Source: Candidatus Lindowbacteria bacterium RIFCSPLOWO2_12_FULL_62_27 (GTDB taxonomy: Bacteria > Lindowbacteria > 2-12-FULL-62-27). From it: a stretch of 64,000 bases of DNA. The stretch covers positions 186,001 through 250,000 of the forward strand of contig MFPR01000001.1 in NCBI GenBank assembly GCA_001784175.1, in the 5' to 3' direction. Position numbers and translations under genes: made by a program. The notes beneath the pieces were generated by a model. The model was not told where the DNA came from. It saw only the letters and a list, made by a program, of their open reading frames with translations, and ran no database searches. Below, one piece after another: positions 28,255-39,850 of this stretch (position 1 is its first letter; each line of letters begins with the position of its first letter).

Positions 28255-29177
28255 CGGGCCTGCCTCTCGTTCGCCGCGAGCGGCTTTCGGCCGGGATCGT
28301 AGTCGACCAGCTTGGCGTAGAGATTGCCGAGCTTGATGTTGCACTTGATCAACATCGGAATCCGCCGGAGGTCGTCCGTGAACCAGATTCCCACGCTTCC
28401 GATGATCCGGTACTTCCCGTCCAGCTCGATGTGCGGCCGGCCCATGCGCGCGGGCAGGCGCTTGGACAAAAACGCCATCGGCTGGGCCTTGCCGAGTTCG
28501 AACGACATCTGATAATTGCGCTTCCAATCGTTCAGAGGCGCGTAGATCGTGTCGGCCTCCGGCTGCCATTCGATGCCGCGCAGGTAGTAAATGGCGGAGA
28601 TGAAATCCTGCGTGAACGGCAGGATCTCGCCGCGCATCTCGCCGTTCTTGCTCCAGAGTCTTCTGCCCTGATCGTATTCGTAAATCTCAAGCGTGTCCTG
28701 CCGGGGCTCCTTGAATTTCTTTTCGTGAATCTCCTTCACCATCCTCCACGTGAACAGCCCCTCCGCGTCGACGTAGCTCGTGAGCGTGTCCGATATTTCG
28801 TAAATCAGAGAAAAGGCCTTGTTCGTGTAGAGATGCGCGCTCGTCACGTACACCGGCCGGCCGCGGTACGTGGAGAGTTCCGAAACGCTCAGCACCACTT
28901 CCCCGCAGGGAATTCCCATGTACCGGACCGACAGCGTGATTTTCTCTCCGACGTTGAACGCCTGATGAGGGATCTGGCGAAACACAACCGCCGTGTCGCC
29001 GGAAGAAATTCCGGAGGTGTCAGCCCACGCGGCCGCCGACGCAAAGAGCGAGGCGGCCAGCCATCCGCTAAGGAGAAGGCCGGGGCGCAGGAGGCACGCC
29101 GGGCGAATCCTTCGGCGCGAATCTGGCGGTGTCGGATGAAGTTGTTCCGAAAAAACCGGGAACCAATTCACTGACAC
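28251..29177 (-). CDS. DUF3108-like exported protein
   Basis: AFNVGEKITLSVRYMGI, QDFISAIYYLR, IWFTDDLRRIP; start uncertain. Confidence 0.7.
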   Translation of the reverse strand: MSVNWFPVFSEQLHPTPPDSRRRIRPACLLRPGLLLSGWLAASLFASAAAWADTSGISSGDTAVVFRQIPHQAFNVGEKITLSVRYMGIPCGEVVLSVSELSTYRGRPVYVTSAHLYTNKAFSLIYEISDTLTSYVDAEGLFTWRMVKEIHEKKFKEPRQDTLEIYEYDQGRRLWSKNGEMRGEILPFTQDFISAIYYLRGIEWQPEADTIYAPLNDWKRNYQMSFELGKAQPMAFLSKRLPARMGRPHIELDGKYRIIGSVGIWFTDDLRRIPMLIKCNIKLGNLYAKLVDYDPGRKPLAANERQAR

Positions 29178-32022
29178 GCCCCCGAATCACGGACACAAAC
29201 GGTTCTTCGGTCCATAAGAGGTTAGAATTATTATAGTTACCAACAAGGTCAAAGTCAAGTTTTATCCCTTCGCGCATTCCGCCGAAAAGATCGAGGATTT
29301 TGCTCTCGTGAAGAATCCTTGTGAAGATATTTTCCTTCGGATACATCGTGACGTGAAAGGCGCGGTCCGAGTCGGTGAGCGGCGCGTAGGACGCATCCAA
29401 CCCCAGCCTTCCGCGAATGACCCAGCGGCCGACATTGGAGGATTGATCCAGATCGAGCTTCAACATCCCGCGCTCGATGTCGGATTTGAGTTGAAACGGC
29501 TGGAACACGGCGGCCTCCGTGAACGACAGGCGCATAAGATCCAGCACCTTCAACATGGGCGGCGCTTTCTTGAACGTGAGCCGGTCCAGGAAGAGATCCA
29601 TGTCTCCCGAAATCGTACGGGAGTCGGCGAAGCTCCCCGCGCGGAGCGACACGGTTCCGGCAATGTCGCCGGCCAGCGCGGCCTGGGGAACAAAAAGTTT
29701 CCGGATTGGATAGGAATCACGGACGGCAAACATCAGCTCCTGGTCCCCGCCGCCCTCTTCCGTGCGCGGCCCGCGCCGATACTCGCTGACGATCGGATCG
29801 TCGACATGCACGGTGAACCCGTCCGGCGCGATCCTGAATCTTCCCCGGACATCGGGGATGTCGAAGGCCTGGAACAGGAGATGGTCCGCCGAAACGTCCG
29901 CCACAATTTCGAACGGCTTGGGCGACGCGCCCGGGCGTGTCGGCCGCACCCGCCGCAGGAGATCTGCCAGGCGAAGCTCCGGCGTCTGAAAGGTCAGCGT
30001 CCAGCTTCGCGGGTCTCCGGGAACGCTCCGGCCCTCCACCCGAAGCGGCGTGCCGGCAAGGTCGCCGGTGACCTGCGTGAGACGCATCGACTGTGTTTCA
30101 AAAACCAGAACCCCGGAAACAGAATCGACCGGCGCGGAAAACGGCGGAAGGAAGAGCCGGCCGCCGCGAATGTCGGCCGAGCCGTCCATCCGCCAGGCCG
30201 GCGCCTCCACTTTGAGCGTTACCTCGCCCCGGCCCGCAAGCGGCACAAACGAAATCGAATCCGGGTTCGCCCATGCCCTCGACAGGCGGTCCCACGAAAT
30301 GTTCGGATCCTTGAATAGCGCGCCGTACTCGACATCGGGCGTGAAGAGTTGCCGGACGTAGGGACTGACCCGGGTTTCATAGCTGCCGAGCCGCACAAGC
30401 ATCGCGCCGTCGGCTGTCGATCCCGAAAACGTCATCCGGCCGTACGCGCGCGCGGGCGACGCCAGAAACCTGAGCGGGGCCGACATGCGTCTGAAATCGA
30501 TCGATCCATCGAGGCCCCACGCAGGACCGAATCGCGTCAGAACCAGGTCGACGTCCGCCTGACCCGCCGGCGGCGGCGAACCGCCGTCCTCCGGCGCGTC
30601 GGACCGGAGGCTCGACGGAATATAATATTGAATCATGGGCCCGATCTGGAGACCCCGGCCCTTGAGCGTGAGCCGTGCCGTGCGCGTCGCGTAATCAACC
30701 GCCGTGCCGGTCATGACGAGGTTCGAGGCGCCGAAGGGAATCAGGATTTCGGGAACCTGGACCCCGTGTTCGTTGAACTCGATGGCGCCCAGGAATGAAT
30801 ACTGTCCGAGGAACGGTTCATACGCAAACGTGTCCTGTCGGATGTCGACCAGCCCCTCATACCGCCAATCGACGGGGCGGGCCAGCGGTCCCCGCAAATG
30901 CATCTTGGCTTGAAGGTCGGACGGGCTTTCGATGGTTTTTAGAAACGCGTGAAGGAACCGCAGCGCGTGAAAATGCCGGCTCACGCGTTCCAGCGCGGGC
31001 TCGTCGAAACTCGACGCATAAAATTCCAGGTCCGCGTCCAGCCGCCGCGACCGCGTGACCCGGCCGCTCGTTCGAATCCGGACCCCGGCCACTTCGAGAT
31101 CGCCGTCCACCACCCGCAGTTCCGGATCGTCCCATCGACCGGACCACGTGAATTGGATGTCGAGGGGCGGGTCGATGAACGGGATGATCTCGGGCGCAAC
31201 AGGCTCTGTATCCGCCGGCTCTGTATCCGGAGCGGCCGGCGCCTCTTTCGGTCCGGACCACTTCAGACCCTCCACGCGGATCTCTCCGGAGGTCTGGCCG
31301 TCATCGCGGAAAACCTGCGCGGAAATCTGGCCCTGCAATTTTTGGGGCAGGCCCAGAATGTCCGTCAATACGGAAAGGCTGAAGGCCCGAACGTCCAGAT
31401 GAAGCCAGTGGTCTTCCCGGTACGTGAGTTCAATATCACCGAGCTCCCGGCTGTCCAGTCGCACCACCGCCGACATCGTTCCGGGTCCGGACCGACCGAT
31501 TTCCGCGTCCAGCGGTTCAATCACAAGCGACGGGCCGCCGGGCCCGCCCTCCCGCATCAGATGAATCTTCGCCCGGCGAATCGCCAGATCAAACGTCGGC
31601 GGCCACCGAAGTCCCCCGGGCGGCGGCCCGTCGCTTCGGACCGGCAACGCCGCGGGGAAGTCCTGCGACGCGGGGAGGCGCAGGGTGAACGTCGGATGCA
31701 GAACTTTGAGGCGCTCAAAAACCGGCCGGCCGCGCGAGAGACTCTTGAGCGGGCTCCATCCGAGCGTCAGCTCATGGATCTCCAGAGTCGCCTGCCGCGC
31801 CGGCCACACGGAGGTCACGCCGGTCACAATCAATCCCCGGATGCTCACCCGCACCGACCCGACGTCGACGTGCAGCCCGTACCGGTCCCGCAGGTGGCCC
31901 TGAACGGCCGGCCGGAGAAACCCGATGGGCACGCCGTAGTAGGCAAGCGCGGCCAGCAAGAGTCCGGCGAAGATCAGCGTCCGTTTCCGAAATCGGCGGT
32001 TCCCCGCTGGTGCTTCACTCAT
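29068..32022 (-). CDS. AsmA-like (TamB/YhdP-type) envelope protein
   Basis: 984 aa, single N-terminal TM anchor, long beta-rich body. Confidence 0.6.
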   Translation of the reverse strand: MSEAPAGNRRFRKRTLIFAGLLLAALAYYGVPIGFLRPAVQGHLRDRYGLHVDVGSVRVSIRGLIVTGVTSVWPARQATLEIHELTLGWSPLKSLSRGRPVFERLKVLHPTFTLRLPASQDFPAALPVRSDGPPPGGLRWPPTFDLAIRRAKIHLMREGGPGGPSLVIEPLDAEIGRSGPGTMSAVVRLDSRELGDIELTYREDHWLHLDVRAFSLSVLTDILGLPQKLQGQISAQVFRDDGQTSGEIRVEGLKWSGPKEAPAAPDTEPADTEPVAPEIIPFIDPPLDIQFTWSGRWDDPELRVVDGDLEVAGVRIRTSGRVTRSRRLDADLEFYASSFDEPALERVSRHFHALRFLHAFLKTIESPSDLQAKMHLRGPLARPVDWRYEGLVDIRQDTFAYEPFLGQYSFLGAIEFNEHGVQVPEILIPFGASNLVMTGTAVDYATRTARLTLKGRGLQIGPMIQYYIPSSLRSDAPEDGGSPPPAGQADVDLVLTRFGPAWGLDGSIDFRRMSAPLRFLASPARAYGRMTFSGSTADGAMLVRLGSYETRVSPYVRQLFTPDVEYGALFKDPNISWDRLSRAWANPDSISFVPLAGRGEVTLKVEAPAWRMDGSADIRGGRLFLPPFSAPVDSVSGVLVFETQSMRLTQVTGDLAGTPLRVEGRSVPGDPRSWTLTFQTPELRLADLLRRVRPTRPGASPKPFEIVADVSADHLLFQAFDIPDVRGRFRIAPDGFTVHVDDPIVSEYRRGPRTEEGGGDQELMFAVRDSYPIRKLFVPQAALAGDIAGTVSLRAGSFADSRTISGDMDLFLDRLTFKKAPPMLKVLDLMRLSFTEAAVFQPFQLKSDIERGMLKLDLDQSSNVGRWVIRGRLGLDASYAPLTDSDRAFHVTMYPKENIFTRILHESKILDLFGGMREGIKLDFDLVGNYNNSNLLWTEEPFVSVIRGRVSELVPGFFGTTSSDTARFAPKDSPGVPPAPRPSP

Positions 32023-32064
32023 GCCGATGAACTCTCCTTCACGCCGGCGGGTGTGTCAATAAAT

Positions 32065-32107
32065 AAAAAAATCCCCGGCGTCCGCCGCTGGGGCGGGCTG
32101 CCGGGGA
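32065..32107 (-). terminator. Intrinsic terminator after groEL
   Basis: TCCCCGGC/GCCGGGGA stem with an inner stem, followed by T7 on the minus strand. Confidence 0.75.
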
Positions 32108-32137
32108 ATCGAAAGGCGCAAATGGCCGCTCGGAGAA

Positions 32138-34092
<1,955 letters not shown>

Positions 34093-34125
34093 GCTTGAGA
34101 TCACCCCCCATGGCAAGTTGAATTG

Positions 34126-34152
34126 TTAGCACTCGCCTTAGGTGAGTGCTAA
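34126..34152. promoter_or_regulatory. CIRCE element (HrcA operator)
   Basis: Perfect TTAGCACTC-N9-GAGTGCTAA upstream of groES. Confidence 0.97.
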
Positions 34153-34156
34153 CGGC

Positions 34157-34186
34157 AGTATAGGACGGGGGCGCGGGCTTTGTCAA
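34157..34186 (-). promoter_or_regulatory. groESL sigma70 promoter
   Basis: TTGACA-18-TATACT immediately upstream of CIRCE. Confidence 0.85.
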
Positions 34187-34215
34187 GCTCGCGGCGGAAA
34201 AATTTCTTTCGGAAG

Positions 34216-34623
34216 TTACGCGCTGCGGTCGAAGTCGCCGTGCCGGGCTTGGCGGCGGCGGGATTTGAGGTGAGAGAGTTTGCGGCCCAGGTCCCGCCGA
34301 AGATCCTGCAACCGGGACTTGGCCGACATGAGCGTGGCAGTGGCGGACGTAAGACGCGCGCGCAGGTCGTCGCGGGCCTGCGACACCGGCGATGGCGGAG
34401 AAAGGGTCAGCGACTCCCGCATCTCACGCTCGCCGAACTTCTCCGCGTACCGCGCGTCCACCCCGTTCAGTTCCTCCACCAGCCGCTCGGCGGCCGGAAG
34501 ATTCTTGAGGACACGCCCCGGCGCGGACCGGGCGATCTCGCGCCACTTCTCCTCCAGTTGGAGCACGATCGAGATTTTCTCCCGGTAATACGCCCGGAGA
34601 TCCTTTTCGGTAAGCGTTGTCAC
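34216..34623 (-). CDS. Helical protein, possible FlgN/FliT-like flagellar chaperone
   Basis: 135 aa coiled-coil-like protein directly downstream of fliS; assignment by context only. Confidence 0.45.
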   Translation of the reverse strand: MTTLTEKDLRAYYREKISIVLQLEEKWREIARSAPGRVLKNLPAAERLVEELNGVDARYAEKFGEREMRESLTLSPPSPVSQARDDLRARLTSATATLMSAKSRLQDLRRDLGRKLSHLKSRRRQARHGDFDRSA

Positions 34624-34627
34624 GGCC

Positions 34628-35077
34628 TCACCCCGAGACGCTGAAACCGCCCGCGTCGGTCGGCCCCGGCGGTTGGGCCTGTCCAGGCTCGGCGCTCACG
34701 TCCCGCGCCGGGCCGAGCTTCTTGAACATCTCCTCCCAGGTCTGGTGAAGCGTGCTCAGCATTTTTTCGATCTCGTCGAGAATCTGCGGATTTTTTTTCA
34801 TGTTGGCCTCGATCAGCCGGCGGTTGACGTAATCGTAGATCCGGTACAGGTTCTGGGCGATGGGACCGGCCTCCATTTTGAGGGAAACCATCAGTTCCGT
34901 CACAATGTCCTGGGCCTTGATGATGTGGTTGGACACCACATCATATTTCTTGCCGGGCATGGCCTCCCGCGCGGTCTGGATCGATTTGATCGCGTGCGCA
35001 TACATCATCAGGATGAGTTGTTCCTGCGAGGCCGTCTGGATCTGGACTTCGCGGTATTCGCGGATCGGATTTTTCAT
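34628..35077 (-). CDS. fliS: Flagellin export chaperone FliS
   Basis: IQTASQEQLILMMY, KAQDIVTELMVSL, IAQNLYRIYDY, LIEANMKK. Confidence 0.93.
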   Translation of the reverse strand: MKNPIREYREVQIQTASQEQLILMMYAHAIKSIQTAREAMPGKKYDVVSNHIIKAQDIVTELMVSLKMEAGPIAQNLYRIYDYVNRRLIEANMKKNPQILDEIEKMLSTLHQTWEEMFKKLGPARDVSAEPGQAQPPGPTDAGGFSVSG

Positions 35078-35125
35078 TCGGTCTCGAGTGCCTCGGTGAT
35101 GTCCCGGCGGCGCCCGGCCTGTGGT

Positions 35126-36712
35126 CTAGGCCCCAAGCGCCCGCCTCAATTCGTCGGCGACCTCACGGGCCGTTTCCGACAGTATGTCTTTGGGGGCTTG
35201 CCGCGTTCTTCTCATCCGGTTGAACACGGCGGATTCCACGGCGATCCGGAAAAGCGGATCGGCCTCGACCCCCGACGACAGCCGCCCCAGAAGCTCGCGG
35301 CGGACGGCCTCGTATCCCGCCGGCGTCGACCATGCGCTGGCCGTCGCCGACGTCTCTTCCATATTATATATCGGCACCCCCGCAAGGCTGCTCAAATCCT
35401 CGACGCCTTCGACGCCCCCAAGTCCAAGGGCCGGACAGAGCTGCCGGCAACGGCCACGGTATCCGGCCACCAGGCGTTCCAGTTGCCGCCGGTACGCCAG
35501 GAGATTCTCGCCGGTCCGGAGCCTGCGTCCGCCGGCGATCTCCAGCCGCGGCGCCCTTTTCTCCGCCTCGTCGTAAGTCCAGTTTTCGACCGTATCAAAC
35601 CGGCCAGCCGACAACAACGCCCTTCGCACTTTGGCGCTTTGCCGGCTGTGCGAAACACGGCCGGGTCCCAGAGAAAAGTCGGCGCCCGCAAGGATGATCT
35701 CCGACGCGCCGGCGCGGCAGGCCAGATCAAACGCCGGCAGAATCACCGATCCGCCCCCGGCGAGAGTTCCCGGATCGCCCCACGTGTCACACAGCCACCG
35801 CTCCAGCGGATGGTCGCCGGCAAACACGCACAAGCGATCCGCCGGAAGTCTCCGCAGAACCTGTGGATGGACGGCGGCTGAAACGGCCCATCGACCCGGC
35901 GACCGCGACGACTTGCCGAGCCCCGCAAGATGCTCTGCGGTGTCCGGCCGCGGATCCAAGCACACCCCGACGTCCACCCGGACGCCATACTCGAGCAGCG
36001 GCAACACCGCGCTGTCGACGGCGATCACCCGCAGACGGTCATGCCGGCGCGCAATTTCCGGAGCGGACCGGTCCAGACTCGGCCCGGACCCCGCCACGCA
36101 GACAGCCTCGCCGGCCCACGCCGAAAAGAGCGTCCGCACCGGTCGCATCGCCGACAGCGCCGAAAGATTCGCGATGAGGTTGCCGGCCACGAGCCGGCCG
36201 ATTTCCGACAGCGTCATCACGGCGGCGATCCGCTCCTCAAACGCCGCACGCGCCGCGCCAGACAGCGCGTCCAGATATTTATCCAGGGGCCGCTTCAACG
36301 ATGGATGCGGAATGAAACGGTATTGGATCATGTCTTCAACGCCGACTTCGCGAAGGAACGCCATTAGGTCGGGCGCGTGCGTGAAACACCGCGCCCGGCC
36401 ATCGGCCGGAGGCGGCTGCAACGCCAGCTCAGAGAAAGGCTCGAAGTACGCGAGCAGAATGGCGCGGCCGGTGTTCAGGATCGACTGCGCCGCGCGCGCG
36501 CCGCCGCCCACCAGAACCACAAGGTCCCCGTCCTTCACGTCCAGCCCCGCCACCCATCGTTCGGATTCCCGCGATGGGTCATATCGGCTGGCCATGTAAA
36601 ATCGCTCGCCGCCCACTTCAAGGACCGGCGCCGGCTCGCCATTCTGCGCCTTTTCCATCCGCAAACGGTAAGGGGGAAGCTCCGGGCATCCGGAGTCGCT
36701 GGCATCAGGCAT
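35126..36712 (-). CDS. Motility-associated factor (Maf/DUF115) family glycosyltransferase
   Basis: SRYDPSRE, VAGSGPSL, IAVDSA, GGSV, IILAGADFS; upstream of fliS. Confidence 0.8.
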   Translation of the reverse strand: MPDASDSGCPELPPYRLRMEKAQNGEPAPVLEVGGERFYMASRYDPSRESERWVAGLDVKDGDLVVLVGGGARAAQSILNTGRAILLAYFEPFSELALQPPPADGRARCFTHAPDLMAFLREVGVEDMIQYRFIPHPSLKRPLDKYLDALSGAARAAFEERIAAVMTLSEIGRLVAGNLIANLSALSAMRPVRTLFSAWAGEAVCVAGSGPSLDRSAPEIARRHDRLRVIAVDSAVLPLLEYGVRVDVGVCLDPRPDTAEHLAGLGKSSRSPGRWAVSAAVHPQVLRRLPADRLCVFAGDHPLERWLCDTWGDPGTLAGGGSVILPAFDLACRAGASEIILAGADFSLGPGRVSHSRQSAKVRRALLSAGRFDTVENWTYDEAEKRAPRLEIAGGRRLRTGENLLAYRRQLERLVAGYRGRCRQLCPALGLGGVEGVEDLSSLAGVPIYNMEETSATASAWSTPAGYEAVRRELLGRLSSGVEADPLFRIAVESAVFNRMRRTRQAPKDILSETAREVADELRRALGA

Positions 36713-36763
36713 GGCTGCATTTTGGCATTGAATCGACCGATGTCAATAAGATTAGATGCGGTC

Positions 36764-37786
36764 ATGAAGGTTCTTGTCACGGGGGGATGCGGTTTTATTG
36801 GAAGCTACGTGGTGAAGCTCCTGCTCGCGGAAGGCGTCCGCGTGGTCAATCTGGACAAGCTGACCTACGCGGGCAATTTGGCCAACCTGCGGGAGGTGGA
36901 ACGCCACCCGAAGTATCGGTTCATTCGCGGGGACGTCTGCGATCCGGGAGCGGTGGCAAAAGCCGCCCGGGGCGTCGACGGGATCGTGCACCTTGCGGCC
37001 GAAACGCACGTCGATCGATCGATCCTCAGTCCCGGCGCGTTTGTCCGGACCGACATGCTCGGAACGTATGTGCTCCTGGAGGAGGCGCGCAAACAGCGGC
37101 TGAAATTTTTCGCGTACGTCAGCACCGACGAAGTCTACGGATCGATCGCGCGCGGGAAATTCCGGGAGACCGATCCCACGCGGCCCACCAACCCGTACGC
37201 CGCGTCCAAGCTCGGCGCGGACCGGCTGGCCCACAGCTATTTCGCGACGTACGGGCTCAAGGTCGTGATCACGCGCGGGAGCAACACGTACGGGCCGCGC
37301 CAGTTTCCGGAGAAGCTCATCCCGCTGACCATCATCCGCGCGCTTCAGCGGCAACCGATCCCGGTGTACGGCGACGGCCGGCAGCGCCGCGACTGGCTGC
37401 ATGCCGAGGACCACGCGCGAGCCATCTGGCGTGCCGCCACACGCGGTCGCGCCGGAGAGACCTACAACGTGTCGGGACACGGCGAGCGCGAAAACATCTG
37501 GATGGTGCGGAAAATCCTCGCAGAATTGCACGCGCCGGACTCGCTCATCCGCTTCGTCCGCGACCGCGAGGGCCATGACCGGCGGTACGCGCTGGAGGAC
37601 GGCAAACTCCGCCGCGACCTCGGATTCCGCCTGAGCCGGCCGGACATCGGCCGGGAGCTTCGCCGGACCGTCCGCTGGTATGTCGACAACAGACGATGGT
37701 GGGAGCCGGTGATCCGGCGGAACGCGGCGTTCAAGGAATACTTCAAAAAACAATACGGTGACCGACTGCGGCGTTCCAGGAGTTGA
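36764..37786 (+). CDS. rfbB: dTDP-glucose 4,6-dehydratase
   Basis: VTGGCGFIGS, DKLTYAGN, AAETHVDRSI, STDEVYG, YAASK, QFPEKLIP, GHDRRY. Confidence 0.96.
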   Translation: MKVLVTGGCGFIGSYVVKLLLAEGVRVVNLDKLTYAGNLANLREVERHPKYRFIRGDVCDPGAVAKAARGVDGIVHLAAETHVDRSILSPGAFVRTDMLGTYVLLEEARKQRLKFFAYVSTDEVYGSIARGKFRETDPTRPTNPYAASKLGADRLAHSYFATYGLKVVITRGSNTYGPRQFPEKLIPLTIIRALQRQPIPVYGDGRQRRDWLHAEDHARAIWRAATRGRAGETYNVSGHGERENIWMVRKILAELHAPDSLIRFVRDREGHDRRYALEDGKLRRDLGFRLSRPDIGRELRRTVRWYVDNRRWWEPVIRRNAAFKEYFKKQYGDRLRRSRS

Positions 37787-39111
37787 CCCGGCCGATAATC
37801 TTCGACATACTTATAACCGATAAGATGAGAATGGAGCGGTTTGAGGGGAATACAGGATCAGCCGCCCGGCGGTGGGGATGGGTCGGGATCTGTGTGGGGG
37901 TGATGGCGCTGCCGGCACTCGGTGTCGAGCAGACCAAGTCGACCACCATCGACAAACCCAACGTCGCCGCCGCCCGCACGTCCTATGACATCAATCGGAA
38001 CGTCGGGCAGACTACGTATCTGGATCGCCAGATCTCCGGGCTGTCCTTTGCGCCGAATGGATTTTCCTCCACGAAAGCCCAGCGAGGCATGACCCTCGAC
38101 ATGTACTACACGCTCGTGACCGGGTCCCTCTTGGGGAGCCGCCGTGGCATCGGGAGCGAGTTTGCGGACCCGATCCTTTCCCAGATCGCGTCGATCCAGG
38201 GGAAATGGACGCTGCTGCGCGAAGGCCCCTTGTGGCCGGCCATGGCCGGCGGCGTCGATCTCAACCTCGATTTCAACTGGCGCGGCGGGTTCCCGTTTTC
38301 CAAGTACCGCGTGCTGACCTATCCGAGTTTCATCGCGTTTTCCAAAACGATCTATCCGCGCACCGGGACGTTTCTCACGGTCGGCCGCTATTCGTCTCTC
38401 CAGATGGAACACCTGGCGTATCTGACGAGATTCCTGGATCCCAAGGCGACGAGCGTGCCCTTCGCCGGAATGGACTTCAAGGTGAAGGACCCCTCGAAGG
38501 GATTCCGGATGGAAATCTTCGCGCCGGCCGCGCACATCGACGGCGCCAAGGTCATGAATATTTACATCAAGGCCCTCGCGGCGATGCCGATGACGCTGAT
38601 CAGCTACGCGCGAAGCGACGCCGGCCGCGCGGTGGTGCTGTCCTTCTCTTTCCGGTACGCCTTCTTTCCGTCCCTCACCCGCGAGGAGCGCTACAAGAAA
38701 CGCTGGTGGAACCCCCTCTCGTGGTATCAGGATGACAACAAAAACATGGCGGCCCGGCTCGCGCAGCAGGCCGACACGTTTCTGGCGCGCAAGGAATACG
38801 AGAAGGCAAGAAAGAAATATCAGGAAAGCCTCTTTCTGAACGCCAATGTTCCCGAAGTCCACTACAACATGGCGACGACCGCCCTCCAGATCGGCGGCCC
38901 CGAGGAGGTGGCGCGCGCGATCTTCCATTACAACCGCGCCATTGAACTCGGCGGCGCCGACGCCGCGAAACTCTACGCGCTCGGCCTCGCGTATTTCAAA
39001 GTCGGCGAAAAAGACCACGCGCAGAAAGTCTTCTCCGACGCGCTCATCTTCGACCCCGAATACAAACCGGCCAAGTACGCGCTCGACCGCCTCAACGGCG
39101 GCAAGAGCTGA
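37783..39111 (+). CDS. Exported protein with beta-rich N-terminal domain and C-terminal TPR repeats
   Basis: Signal-like segment, beta-strand patterns, TPR helices (EVHYNMA, LYALGLAYFKVGE...AL.FDP). Start may be ATG 37825 or 37831. Confidence 0.7.
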   Translation: MTRPIIFDILITDKMRMERFEGNTGSAARRWGWVGICVGVMALPALGVEQTKSTTIDKPNVAAARTSYDINRNVGQTTYLDRQISGLSFAPNGFSSTKAQRGMTLDMYYTLVTGSLLGSRRGIGSEFADPILSQIASIQGKWTLLREGPLWPAMAGGVDLNLDFNWRGGFPFSKYRVLTYPSFIAFSKTIYPRTGTFLTVGRYSSLQMEHLAYLTRFLDPKATSVPFAGMDFKVKDPSKGFRMEIFAPAAHIDGAKVMNIYIKALAAMPMTLISYARSDAGRAVVLSFSFRYAFFPSLTREERYKKRWWNPLSWYQDDNKNMAARLAQQADTFLARKEYEKARKKYQESLFLNANVPEVHYNMATTALQIGGPEEVARAIFHYNRAIELGGADAAKLYALGLAYFKVGEKDHAQKVFSDALIFDPEYKPAKYALDRLNGGKS

Positions 39112-39115
39112 TTTT

Positions 39116-39850
39116 CTATTTGATCTTCAACACCACCAGAAGCATCCCGACCCCCACGCTGAGCCAGAGGGTCGAGTGCCAGAATCGCAGGGAGGCGTTG
39201 CGGATGTAGACGGCCGCGAGACCCCACGCGAGCGGCAGGGAGACCGGCATGCCGGTCGAGGGGAAGGCCGGCTGGGTGTAATGCCAGAGGCCGTTCTGGA
39301 TCGCGAGGTACTCGCCGAGCGTGCCGCCAAGGCCCGCGACGACCAGCGTCATGACATCGATCGGCGTGCGCCAGATCGACAATCCAACCGCCAAAAACAG
39401 GACGTAATAGCAGGCGATCCCGACGTGAATGCGAAGGAAAACTTCGCGGAGAAAAAGAAAGAACAGGACGCCAAACACGATGGAGAGAATCGTTCTCAGC
39501 CGCTCGCCGAACTTCCGCCAGAGTTCCTCCAACGGCTCCGCCATCAGGACGAAGAGCGCGTAGAGATAACCCCACACAAGGCCGATCCAGACCGGCAGGC
39601 CATCCCGGAATGTCGGGAAATGATATTGCCACAGATTGAATTTCCGGACGCAAACCCACTCGCCGATCGTTCCCAGCGCGGCCGCCACCAGCATCAGTTT
39701 CAGGATCTGCATCCGGCGCGCTCCCGACCACACGAAAAGCCACGCCCACCCGGCCGACAGCGCCAGCGCGCATACCCACGGCCACCGCGAAACGTACAGC
39801 ACGACGCCGATCACGTACAAGCTCGCCAGTGCCAGAAACGCTCCTCGCAT
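39116..39850 (-). CDS. Integral membrane protein with internal duplication (DUF2878-like)
   Basis: Two similar halves: GTIGEWV..NLWQY..GLPVWIGLVWG and GTLGEYL..GLWHY..GMPVSLPLAWG. Confidence 0.7.
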   Translation of the reverse strand: MRGAFLALASLYVIGVVLYVSRWPWVCALALSAGWAWLFVWSGARRMQILKLMLVAAALGTIGEWVCVRKFNLWQYHFPTFRDGLPVWIGLVWGYLYALFVLMAEPLEELWRKFGERLRTILSIVFGVLFFLFLREVFLRIHVGIACYYVLFLAVGLSIWRTPIDVMTLVVAGLGGTLGEYLAIQNGLWHYTQPAFPSTGMPVSLPLAWGLAAVYIRNASLRFWHSTLWLSVGVGMLLVVLKIK

